DNA of 64,000 bases from positions 442,924-506,923 of the forward strand of contig NMRA01000144.1 of the NCBI GenBank assembly GCA_002633005.1, read 5' to 3'. Below are positions 1 through 20,045 of the stretch, piece after piece. Numbering within the stretch: position 1 is the first letter of the stretch; each line of letters starts with the position of its first letter. The notes under the pieces are model-generated. The model worked only from the letters and a program-made list of their open reading frames with translations. It did no database searches and had not been told where the DNA came from. A program made the position numbers and the translations under genes. The DNA comes from Phoronis australis (Eukaryota > Animalia > Phoronida).

Positions 1-134
1 AAAACGAAGCCTTTGTAATGGAACTCTAGTACAAAATAATTTTGTAGAAAATGACCAATTAATTATTAACTCCGCTGGGTGTTAGATGTATTGCATGTTT
101 TTAATGGATTTTATTCACCAGCTTTCTTCATCCA

Positions 135-206
135 GCGTCGGTGGTGTAATGGTAAGCATAGTTGCCTTCCAAGCAGTTGATCCGGGTTCGATTCCCGGCC
201 GACGCA
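135..206 (+). tRNA. tRNA-Gly (anticodon TCC)
   Basis: 72-nt cloverleaf. Acceptor stem GCGTCGG/CCGACGC plus discriminator A; D arm/A-box TGGTGTAATGGT; anticodon stem GTTGC/GCAGT around loop CTTCCAA (TCC at 168-170); T arm GGTTCGATTCC. No intron. Confidence 0.97.
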
Positions 207-212
207 CGGATA

Positions 213-217
213 TTTTT
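213..217 (+). terminator. RNA polymerase III oligo-T terminator of tRNA-Gly
   Basis: T5 run 7 nt downstream of the tRNA 3' end. Confidence 0.75.
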
Positions 218-879
218 ATCTGTGCCATTAAAAATATTAAAAGAGGTACCCTGTTTCATCTGTTAGCGTGGCTTGTCCGTAACATTTGGGACCAAGCAAT
301 GGTCTGGCAAAGATACTGCTGGGTTGTTTATATATTTAGTTAAAGAGCATTGGAACTCCACCGCGAGCCTGCGATTTGATATCACCGAGGTCATTATATC
401 GGCCATCGACAAAATGACTCTGCGAAACTAAAACGTTGTAAACACTATACCCTACACTGAATTTCGACAGCATGTAAAAATTTCTTCAAAAACTTATCAC
501 TTGGCGAGATAACTGCCTTACATCTTGACACCCGTCTGCTTTTCGCTAGTTGTGATCATGAGAGTAAACACAGGCTTTAGTCCAGTAAACTTTAGTGAAC
601 GAAAGTTTTCTATAATTAGTTTTTGTTTCCTGCGGTCCCGCTTTCTCAATTAACTTATTAAATACACCACTTTTGTCACCAATTGAGAATAATGTGTACT
701 TCGATTTCCGTGGTGCAATTTTTAACATCTTGTTGTCCAGTTGTTTGGGTTCATTTCCCGGCACCCGAGTACTTGAACTAGCAGGGGGAAGCTGCATGGA
801 CAATCATATGATTGTAGCTCCATTTTTAAGGCTTTCTGGGTTTCTGGCCGCCTATTTCCAGAGTAAAATTTGTCTTTAA

Positions 880-1620
880 GTCACGGGTCACTGGGTGTTC
901 AGTGCAGCATGATTGTTGGTTTTAAAATCAGTTTAAGCCGATACCTTGAAAATCTATCTCAAAAATGGCATACCGTGGTTGACATCATTTGAGGGTTTCT
1001 TCCAGGCAAGGCAATCCCGCAGAGTGTATTTTGTCTGCCGGTCATAGGGCATTTAGTGACCTTTGACATGTATTGAATTTCATGTGATTGATTTTTTGTG
1101 GTGTTTCTTTGTTCTCCGACTTCGGTCGTTAAATGCGTCACATGTGGTACCTCGAATGTATGTGCTAGCTCATTCTTGGGGGGGGGTCCTTTTTTGGTTC
1201 TGCCGGACCCATTCCAGGGTGCAATTTGTCTGTCATGGGTCATTTGGTGTTCAGTGCGGTACTATATATTGTTCGTTTAAAATCAGTTTTGGCCGGTACC
1301 GTCGAAAATCTAGTCTAGCTCAAATTTTTGATGGCATACCGTGGTTGAGATTTTTGGGGGTTTCTGCCGGGCACAACCCAGAGTGTATTTTGTCTGTCAA
1401 TGGAGTTTTAGTGATTTGAATCACATGGAGTTGTTTTTTGTGGTACCTCGAATGTATGAGCTACTTGTAGCTCATTTTTGGGGGACCTTTTTTGGTTTCT
1501 GCCGGACCCATTCCATAGTGCAATTTGTCTGCCATGGGTCATTCGGTGTTCAGTGCGGTATTATTGTTCGTTTTAAATCAGTTTTGGCCGGTACCTCGAA
1601 TATCTAGTCTAGCTCATTTC
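880..1620. repeat. Degenerate tandem duplication (period about 300-365 bp), probably internal to a non-autonomous transposon
   Basis: Recurring blocks ATGGCATACCGTGGTTGA (~965, ~1331), TGGTACCTCGAATGTATG (~1145, ~1441) and GGTGTTCAGTGC (~895, ~1246, ~1546). The overlapping ORFs here repeat the same peptides for this reason. Confidence 0.7.
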
Positions 1621-3430
1621 CTGGGCCCTTTGTAAGGCCCCCAGGGGTCACACCCAGAGTGCCGACAACGACAGACGTCCATCTCTGTACATACTGAGGT
1701 GGACTCTAAATGCTCCCGTGGTCAGATGTTGGTACCTCGTTCATCTATGCTAAGTGCTCTGGAAGGGCTGCCGGTCTATCAGTGGTTCGGCGCAGATCTC
1801 CGTTTGTGAATAATCTCCCTGGAGTGTACCAAACCAGACAGGCACGTCTACTGACGAAATTTTGTTACATTTTATTGGATATTGCGTAGAGGCCATTAAA
1901 TTGGCATATTTTGGAGCATTCTTGACTTAAATATGGGCCACTTATTGACATGCACAAATGTCGCATTCTGATGTGTCTCATTTCTATCCGTAAAAAATTC
2001 CGGCATAACAAGCACGTGTCACAGGGTGAAGAAACTGTCGCCTATTCCCTCAGTATGTGCATATTTTAAGGCTCAAATTTTATGTGGCAGTGATTTTTTG
2101 TGATGATGAAAGCTACCTTCTTGAGATATGGTGCCTATATTTTCTGTGACTTTCTCAATGTGACCTTCATTTACAACGAAGTCAAGGTCACCAGACACCT
2201 TGGTGCAAAATACGGACAACATTGGAACCTACGTCTTTAGATATTGTACCAGCAATTTCAGTGTGATAAACGGATGAGTACCATGCCCCCCCCCCACAAC
2301 TGGCCTAAAATTGCTAACATGTGAAATTAAAACTAAATTGGGCTTTAAGACGCTGTGAACCACATTCAGGTGTTTTAACACCAACTTTTTCACAAGTTCA
2401 TTAATTGCTTTTCCAAAACAAGATCTTCACCTACTTATCCTTAAAAAAATATGAGCACAGCCCCAGAAATAACATTCCATTATATCCAGGTTCTCATTCA
2501 CTCCCTTACATACATTCACTAGTAAGACCGAGCTTAGAGGAGTAGGTGACACCTTTGTGCAATGCTCGATTGTCTGCCAGTAAAGCCACAATTTGACCCC
2601 GGGTCCTACAAACTGGGTCAAAGAGTCTTCTCATCCTTATCCTTTGTTTAAATTGCAATTAGCTTTGCTATATTAAATAATCTGGAAATCTCCCAAAGAC
2701 CATACTGCCTTTTAGTTGGTGATTGAAACCTAAGATGCAACAAGTAACTTAATTAGCATGGCTTGCAGCAAATTACCTGTTCATTTTTCTCAAGTTTACA
2801 TTAAAAGTTGTTTCTTAATTTAATCTAAGTTAAGAATACAATGATTTTATAACAGCAAATGGACAAAAAAGTTTTTGACAGTAGACATGCCTTTTTAAAA
2901 AAATTGGAGTGAGTTTCAAAAGTAACAGTATTTCAGAGATGACGACAGACGAGGATGTACTGCAAGTTTGCAGTTTCATAACATCTTGTCTTGCATGTTT
3001 AAAATAGACTAGTTTAATCTGACAGCTTGGTTCCACTACGGTTCATTTGTTAGATATGTAAAAGATTGGAAATTAAGTGGCCACAAGACTGCATATTAAA
3101 TAATGAGTATCCCCATCTCAATGTTCCACTGACTCCCATTGGAGTACTAGTACCAATGAAAATGAAGGTTACGCAATCAAGGCTTCCCACATGCCAATTA
3201 TCCAAAACTTATAGCTCTGTCTCTATGCACTGGTCTCATTTTAGAGCATACTAGTACTCCCTAACAGAAGATCCGAAGACAGGCAAAACAATTTAATCAA
3301 GAAAACGATTTAAAGGCATTTGATACAAAATGTATAAAAAATATCATTTGCCAAGAAAAACAATTAGTGTTCCAGACTCTGGTGGAGAAATGCACTAAAA
3401 CATAGCAGGAGTTTTACAGCTTTTCTCACT

Positions 3431-3568
3431 GACAGACAACCTTCATAATGTAATATAGAGCGCTGGAAACATTATCACCGACAGGCAACCTTCATAATGT
3501 AATATAGAGCACTGGAAACATTATCACGGAAGACAACCTTCATTACGTAACGTAGAGTGCTGGATACA
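3431..3568. repeat. 49-bp minisatellite, about 2.8 copies, downstream of SMIM13
   Basis: Unit GACAGACAACCTTCATAATGTAATATAGAGCGCTGGAAACATTATCACC at 3431 and 3480, with a degenerate third copy from ~3529. Confidence 0.85.
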
Positions 3569-4234
3569 GTAAATAAGTGAAACTCAGAAAATACATCAAT
3601 GTTTCATTAAATTCTTCAATGCAATACTCCTCGTCACATAACATGTTTATGAGATTACTTTGTTCTTTTATACTGAAAAATACCACCACTAAAATTTGTT
3701 GCAACACACAAGTGTGTTGACTATGCAAACATTGTTAATGATTTGTTCTAATCACAGAGTCAAGGTCATTAAACTTTTAAAAAATCACTCTACACTTAGA
3801 AAAATCTTCTCAGTGTTCTGAGTATTCACAAATCCACTTTAATCAGTTTCTTTGTTCATGCAGCCTGCTCCACAAAATAAAAGAAATTCAATACACTAAA
3901 CTTTCCTTGTTTGCATACTAGTAGCCGTACAAAATTTTCTCCTTGACTACACATCCAGCACCAGTCGGAAGTTGAGTATGTTCCACACAGACACAAAAAC
4001 CACACTAGCTTTGAGCACTTCACGTGTGAACTGGTTCATAAACTCCATCCAAATGAGATGACAATCATTACATTGTCTTGTTTGCTCTCACCACAGTATC
4101 AAACTTAGCCACCTTTCTCACTGATAAATCCAGCACCATGTCTTCTGACTAATCTTCAACACTGATTCCATTAGCACATTACTCCAAGTTCCTTACATGT
4201 ACTGAACTTGTTTATTGCCAATGCCTCATGAAGT

Positions 4235-5337
4235 CTAATCAGAGATTCTCACTCGCTTTGTCCGCACAGACCTAGTCCTATTGTGGTGTGAATCGCCATC
4301 ACTGGACTCACCAGCTGTGCCCAACAGTTCTTTGATGAATTTGAACTTACTCAGGAACAACTTCCACACAACATACCAACCTGAAACAATAGACAAGTGA
4401 CATTGAGTAAAATAAGAACAAACAACAGAACATTCTTTGGTTTCTTGGTACAAATAAAAAATGGTGTTAAGGTTTAACATATCCCGAAACAGATACAGCT
4501 GTATGTACAATATTTCATTTAAATTTAAAAACATCGAAACTAACATATTTATTCAAATTAAAGCTTGTAAACATCTGTGAAAACCTCATTAAATAAACCT
4601 TATGTGAATAGAGGGACACCTCAGGAGGCCGTCAATGTCTTTAATACCTTCCAACTCAAACAAATACTCCCATAGTCAAATTTTTTCTTCGAGCAGTCCT
4701 TCGTTCAGTTCCTAAAATCCATAACTGGCCATTTTTACAATTTTGCGCACAGCAGGAAAAATGGCGTCATACCACCTGCCACGTGCAGTGTTAAAAATGG
4801 ACAATTAACAAATTTTGGGAACTGTTCGACAAGAAAGTCTGATAACAGAGGGGTATTTGTTCGAGTTGGAAGGAATTAAAGACATAGACGGCTTCCAGCC
4901 TATGAAGTGCCTATAGGAGACACACCGTCTCTATTGAGCCAGCTAGAGACGGTGGTCAAAGTCTACTGACTGCCGTGCCTCTTTCATGTACCAATAATAC
5001 AAAAGATATACGACTTGGATGTGTGTTTTTACATAGGAGGTAATTTCCAATAAGAAAAGCATGTTGGAGCTAGGACCAAATCAAAGGGTATCCAACAATC
5101 CCTAGCAACTTAGTCCGTGGCCCGTTGGCGTTGATTGAAATCTTTTGTCTCTCACGTCTGACAGCCCTGCCAGTGAAGAACATCATTTACTCCAGACAAA
5201 TGACAGCAAATACAGACAGTCTAGATATTAGAAATGTCATAAAAGGTGTTCTATGGATATTCACCTATGAGAATAAATAATATCACGACAGATAGCGATG
5301 CAATAACAGAAAGAATGGACAGCAAAACTTCTCTCAT
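4235..5337 (-). CDS. SMIM13: Small integral membrane protein 13 (UPF0766), 72 aa, 2 exons
   Basis: Exon 1 5337-5265 (ATG, phase-1 donor G|GTGAAT); exon 2 4380-4235 (acceptor TTGTTTCAG|, TAG). Spliced protein MREVLLSILSVIASLSVVILFILIGWYVVWKLFLSKFKFIKELLGTAGESSDGDSHHNRTRSVRTKRVRISD. It has an N-terminal TM helix and the GWYxVWxLFLSKFKFxxEL signature I recall from human SMIM13. AATAAA on the minus strand at 4216-4211. Confidence 0.93.
4624..4896. mobile_element. Foldback MITE with long inverted arms in the SMIM13 intron
   Basis: Left arm GGAGGCCGTCAATGTCTTTAATACCTTCCAACTCAAACAAATACTCC is a near reverse complement of right arm GGGTATTTGTTCGAGTTGGAAGGAATTAAAGACATAGACGGCTTCC. Related sequence recurs at ~18400-18570. 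Confidence 0.8.
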
Positions 5338-5590
5338 CGCACCCTGTCTGCTATAAAAAATTTCAACAGGAAGTGACCGAGTTCTGACATAATCTCCACA
5401 ACAACTGTCTACGGATATTTTATTTTCTATAAAATGATATCATATACAAAATTAGGTGATCTACCAAATAATAATAATATTACAACAAGCAAAAATGTTT
5501 TCATTAAAAAATTGCTCACATTTTAATATTTATTTAAATTTACATGAAGAATATCTGTTCACAGGAGTCGCTGTAGTAGTATCTTAAAAG
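5338..5590. promoter_or_regulatory. Compact bidirectional promoter region between SMIM13 and PSMB5
   Basis: Only 253 bp separate the divergent ATGs. ETS/GABP-type CAGGAAGTG at 5367-5375; YY1-type AAGATGGCG over the PSMB5 start codon (5588-5596). Motif function is inferred. Confidence 0.7.
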
Positions 5591-15028
<9,438 letters not shown>

Positions 15029-15154
15029 ACAAGACTGGGCATGTGTTGAATGGTTCTGATGGACTTTTGAAATCTGTTGTACCAAAGTTATACTTATTTA
15101 CTGGGACATGCATCACTGTAAACCGTGTGAACTGCTTTTGTAAATACACCTTGA

Positions 15155-15160
15155 AATAAA
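15155..15160 (+). promoter_or_regulatory. Polyadenylation signal of PSMB5
   Basis: AATAAA 127 nt after the stop codon, followed by a TG/T-rich downstream tract. Confidence 0.7.
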
Positions 15161-15593
15161 TTGTCAATACATGTGTATGATTTTTCTTGGTAAAGTTTTT
15201 AACAAAACTATTTGAATCAAACCAAACATATTTGAATCATTACCAGGAAAACCCACAACTTGTGACATCAAATGGGAACAGCGCTTCAGGAATAAATTCC
15301 CTCATTTTATTCATCCTAGATTTCCCACCAGGTACCGACATGCGCAATGCGAACCATTTAGGGATTTGAGTTTATAAGGGGAAACGTGTTTTTCCCGCGA
15401 AAGTTGGTATGGGGCAGTTGTCATGCCATAGTTTTTGCTACTCAGCTCATTCAAATAATGCTAGACGGACGTGTAATACGGCAAACGGTTTTCGTTTTCA
15501 GAACGAGACCGCAGACTCTCATCTCCACATGTCGCCCAGTGTGGATTGTTGGAGGACCTTGCATTGCAGGGAAAATTCTGGCGACGCCGGGTA

Positions 15594-15997
15594 CAGGGGC
15601 GCATCCAGGATTTTGAGTAAGGGGGTGCAGGGCACAGGAATAACTAGAATTTCGGCAGATGCGCTTGTGGAGATGCAGGGCCTCGAATTTTAGGGTTTGC
15701 CTACCTGTTCACTAAAAAAAGGGTACATGGGCGCATCCAGGATTTTGAGTTAGGGGGGGCAGGGCACAGGAATAACTAAAATTTTTTGAGATGCTCATGC
15801 GGGGCCTCGAATTTTAGGGTTTGCCTACCTGTTGACTAAAAAAAACGATGAACGGGTTTCTTCAGGGCCTATGCATCGTTTATTCACCCCCTTCGGGTTG
15901 CGAGCATGTGCTAGTCAGCAATTCACACGTAAACTCCCAAATGGTATCTGGTAGAATTTTAAGGGGGACATGCCCCCCCCCCCTAAATCCGCCACTG
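15594..15997. mobile_element. MITE with CAGGGGCG-type TIRs and a 5-bp TSD (hAT-like)
   Basis: Left end CAGGGGCGCATCCAGG; right end CCTAAATCCGCCACTG (reverse complement CAGTGGCGGATTTAGG). GGGTA on both sides (15589-15593, 15998-16002). The left ~125 bp is duplicated internally (15594-15720 and 15726-15845). Confidence 0.8.
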
Positions 15998-17339
15998 GGG
16001 TACACTCTCTGGTCGGGCACATGCTCTCCCTTGATCTAAGTTAAGTTGCAGAACTTTCTTTCATCGGCTTTGTAGCAACTAAGCAATCTTTGGTGAGACC
16101 ACTGTCACAGCGAGGACGGTAAAACTTGCTCGAGCAGATAGTAATACTGAAAAACCCCCGGCGGCCTGGCAGGTGTGACACCACTCCACTTCAGTCAAAA
16201 TGGTTTTCGATTATCATAGATACCCCGACAAGTAGCAGAAGCCGCGGGGGGAGCGCGTCCGGCACTCGGCAATGAACAAACGCCAAATTGAAGTTACGTG
16301 CTTGTTTCGACGGGGGAGGTTTTTGCAATAAAAAGGACTCGTTGTGCCCGACCTCGTGGCCCTGTGACGCCATCAGGTTAATTCCTGGCCCCGTGGGATT
16401 GGACTATCTTTATCTTTAGGGTATTCGGGGGGAAATCACCGATTTTGCCATTATGACGCTATCGGGTGTATATCCGTAATTGTCCAAATATTAGCTCTTG
16501 CGTGGACATCAATTTTGATACTAAGTCACTTGTGAAAGTGGAAAAAATTTTGAGTTGGAAAATTTCCAAACAAGTGTTCCCTGTTTTCGATGTCGGGACC
16601 GACTCTCACTCTTATTTGTTTTGTTAGAGGCCTAATTCTTCATTTGTGCCTGGCTTTGCTTACTACCCCGTGCACCACACAATTTCGCTTTCAAAAAAAT
16701 TATTTATAAATGTCACTGTTTTATCTGGTGTTAAAAGATTTGAGATATTAAATTCGATATTAACCACCATGCGATCCTTTTTAGCATATCACGAGGTCAT
16801 GAGTTCTGCTTGTTTATTATACATACACTCATTGTAAATATTACATTAATAAATAAATAAATAAACATGCAAATTTATCGAAAAGTCTGGATATCTTGCT
16901 TAATATTTGGAAACATTTTCTAGTTTAATAACGTAAAGCAAAGACGCTCTATTCTGAAGTCTTTTTGTCCTTAAAAAAACTGCTCTCCAAAAATGCTATT
17001 AAAACAAAAGAAGCACTATTGAGACTCAAAGTGACTACAAGCCTGACTACTTAAGCAGCCTCGCAGATCTGGAAGCCCTTTTCAATTTAGGGTGATGTTA
17101 GTGTTTCTTTAGATGAATCAAGCATTTGAATATAGTTTTAACATTTTGAAATTTGGTTTTCAAGTTTTGTAGTCAAGTAAAAAATTCAAAAACCGTAGCA
17201 GCCTGTTTTTCTTCGAAGTAGTGGTGCTTCTAAGCGGTTTTTTGGAGTAGTGGACCTTCGGGTAGTGACCTGTTGTCGTCTACGGTCTGTGTTGCCACTG
17301 AGGTGGGAATTCAAGTTACCGGTGCGTGGCGGTGTCGTT

Positions 17340-17625
17340 AAGTAATTATTTGGTGAGTAAAATAACTTTAAAGTGATTATTTACGTTCGTAATTTACGCA
17401 CGTAAAGTAATTAACTTTAATTTACGCCGTTAAAAGTTAATTGATGTCGCAATGAAATTACGCCGGAAATAATTACTTCAGTTACGCCCCAAATAATTAC
17501 TTTACGCCTTTAAAAGTTACTTTACGCCGCAAATAGTCATTTTACGCCGTAAAAGACTTACTTACGCCGCAAGTAATTGTTTTATGTCACCAACTGGAAT
17601 TAAATTATGCACGTAATTTACTTGC
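17340..17625. repeat. Degenerate ~21-bp minisatellite with a TTTACGCC core
   Basis: About ten recurrences of TTACGCC(G) with AAAAGTTAC/AATAATTAC spacers. Confidence 0.75.
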
Positions 17626-18279
17626 GTATCGTTCACCCATTTGGCCAACGATGAAGGGAGAGGCTCAGTGGAGAACGGCACAGACCTCTGGACGGGCTGG
17701 GCTCAAACGATACCAGTGACGTAAGAGTGTGTACCCTGGGATGTGTCAGACTGTCCGAGGGCATCTTTTTCAGATTGAAACACGGCATCATAGCCAACAG
17801 GTCGGCAACCAGAGTCTACTGATGCTGTCAATGCAGGCAGTGCAATGACAAAGCAGCCATCGAGACAACTCTCGAGCTTATTCAACAGAGACATCTATTG
17901 CCGCAACTCTGAAACTCTTTTTCATGGATGGCATTTCCTGTTGTGGAGACTTAGATGAGCAGAGTGCAACAGATTTTGAACAAATTTTACCTTTCTGGTG
18001 TAAATTATTTAATCAAAGTATGCGGTGTTAATTAGGTTTCTGGACTGGACTAGCTGCTATTTACTAGGTAAGCGTGCTTGTGCTCGAAACTCAAATCAAA
18101 TGCAATCTCGTTGGTCATCCACCATTGACATCATTGAATTTTGAAAATCTATTTCGTTTCGAAGTTTAGGCTAGGCTACCTGTTTACTCAAATTTGGGCC
18201 GACAGATGAATTCATACATTTGACAAAGATCGTGCTGGCACACATCTGGGAGCACTTTTGAGTTCGGCTTGCTCGTGAG

Positions 18280-18780
18280 AACGCTGGCCCCAGTTGAGAC
18301 AACACGCAGGCTTTTTGGTGAATTAATAATTATGCCTCACACTGATTAATTTAAACCATCAAAGTAATGACCTTTTGATAGGAGACGTTTAGGCCTTTGG
18401 TGTCATATATCTTCCTAGCTCAACAAATGCGCCAAACAAGTTCTTTTTAACAGTCCTTCGTTGAGTTTCCCAAATTGGCAACTGGCTGTTTTTTACTCTG
18501 CTCGCGCCAGGGGATATGAATTATGAAGTTTGATATTGTGGGAGTATTTATTCGAGCTGGTCGGGTAAAGCAGTCACTGATTTTGAGAACCAGTTTCACC
18601 CACTAAATAACAGGCCCATTATTCAATGATTGCCTGGTTCTCAAAATCAGAAACTGTTATATCCGACTAATGAGTGATGGTTTAATCAGTGTGAGGCATT
18701 TTGCCGAAAAGATTCCCGCATATGGAGGGCCTTAATGGCCATCATCTCTACTGGGGCTAGTTGAGACAGTGGTAAAGTAC
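18280..18780. mobile_element. Nested foldback/MITE cluster
   Basis: Inverted pairs CTGGCCCCAGTTGAGA / TCTCTACTGGGGCTAG, TGCCTCACACTGATT..AAACCATC / GATGGTTTAATCAGTGTGAGGCA, and an inner CTGATTTTGAGAACCAG / CTGGTTCTCAAAATCAG. Shares sequence with 4624-4960. Confidence 0.7.
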
Positions 18781-20045
18781 TGTCTTTACTGTGTTACTGA
18801 AAAATTCTCAGGTAATAGGCTATGTAATTGCTAGCATACACAGGCAATAGCATACCCGTGTAAAAAGTTTTAGTCATTTCATTATACACCCAATGATATT
18901 GAATAAAGTTATATGTGCATTGAGTTATAATTAACACACCTCATTACTCTGGAGACAATTTAGTAGAACATATTCATGAAAATCTGCCATTCTGAGGACA
19001 TTATGCAAAATCAGTTCAAAAACAAAAAGTACAAGGTTTACAAATCGTTCTAATTCCTCCGGATAACTTCTCAGTTCCCATGGTGCTTTTTGCGAGTATC
19101 AGTCACCTTTGAATACAGGACTGTTCCCAACATCGTACCAAAATGTCTGTTCTCTGGCCAACCACCCACCTCTGAGAAATTTCCGGGGATTTCATTACCT
19201 ATAGTGACCAAGCAAACACTAGGCCACACATTCCATTAGGTATATACAACAACCTTCCACGATCGAAAAATGTTTGTGGCCTCAGCCAACTCCATGCTTA
19301 GGGACATGAAAAAAACTTTGTTGTGTCCCTAATTAACCTAACCTAATTTTTCAAGAGGAATTTCAGAAGCCAAACAGTTCATAATACCACAAATTTTAGT
19401 CCATGATATAGTAAAATCTCACAAATTCCAAACAAAGTGATTGCTAAGATTGCATTTTTTTTCATTTGTCAAAGGCTTAAGTAGTATTGTGAATATTAGT
19501 GTCCAGTTTCTCACAAACATTTTCTTATGGTAGGTACCTAGGGTCCAGAAGTTGAATTTGTAAAACCGTTTACTTGGTGCTACGTCAGTGTCATGGAAAA
19601 AATGAGAAAATAGAATTGTGTCCTCAATTTGTAAGATTTCACGGCATACTAATGGATTTCAGCCAGTGTTGTGTTGCCATGAAGTCATTGCTAATACGGT
19701 GATTGCCCTCCTCTACACCTTAGATGTGTGCTTTTGATAAACAGGCTTTTTAACGAAAGCAGTTCTTGTACATGTCTATTGAGAAGTACAAGATGCTGTG
19801 AAACGAACAGAATTTCTAATGTTGCGTGCTTCGTGAGGGGGCAGACATAATTACCCTGATTTATGTATTTTGCGACTGACATTGGATTCAGCTGTTTTAT
19901 TTTTTTGAAAAGTGTTGTGTGAATAAGAAAAAACCCGAAAACTCTCATGTTGTTGCCAGAGACTTATTTCTGCTGCCTTTTACTTTACTGGTCTCTACAA
20001 ATATGTAATAAATACACTGTTATTTTTTTCTGCAGGTTTACCACT

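Noticed and set aside
86-343. 85-aa ORF
   Set aside because: It overlaps the tRNA-Gly gene and is a chance translation of it.
340-2348. One Kolobok-like element from TTAA|AGAGC (340) to GGGCT|TTAA (2348)
   Set aside because: The two ends are not reverse complements beyond 2 nt, so boundaries cannot be supported although the region looks transposon-derived.
17641-17960. GC-richer, coding-looking segment tested as TMEM39 exon 1
   Set aside because: No frame gives an ATG-initiated, stop-free path to a phase-2 donor. Probably 5' UTR or decayed transposon sequence.
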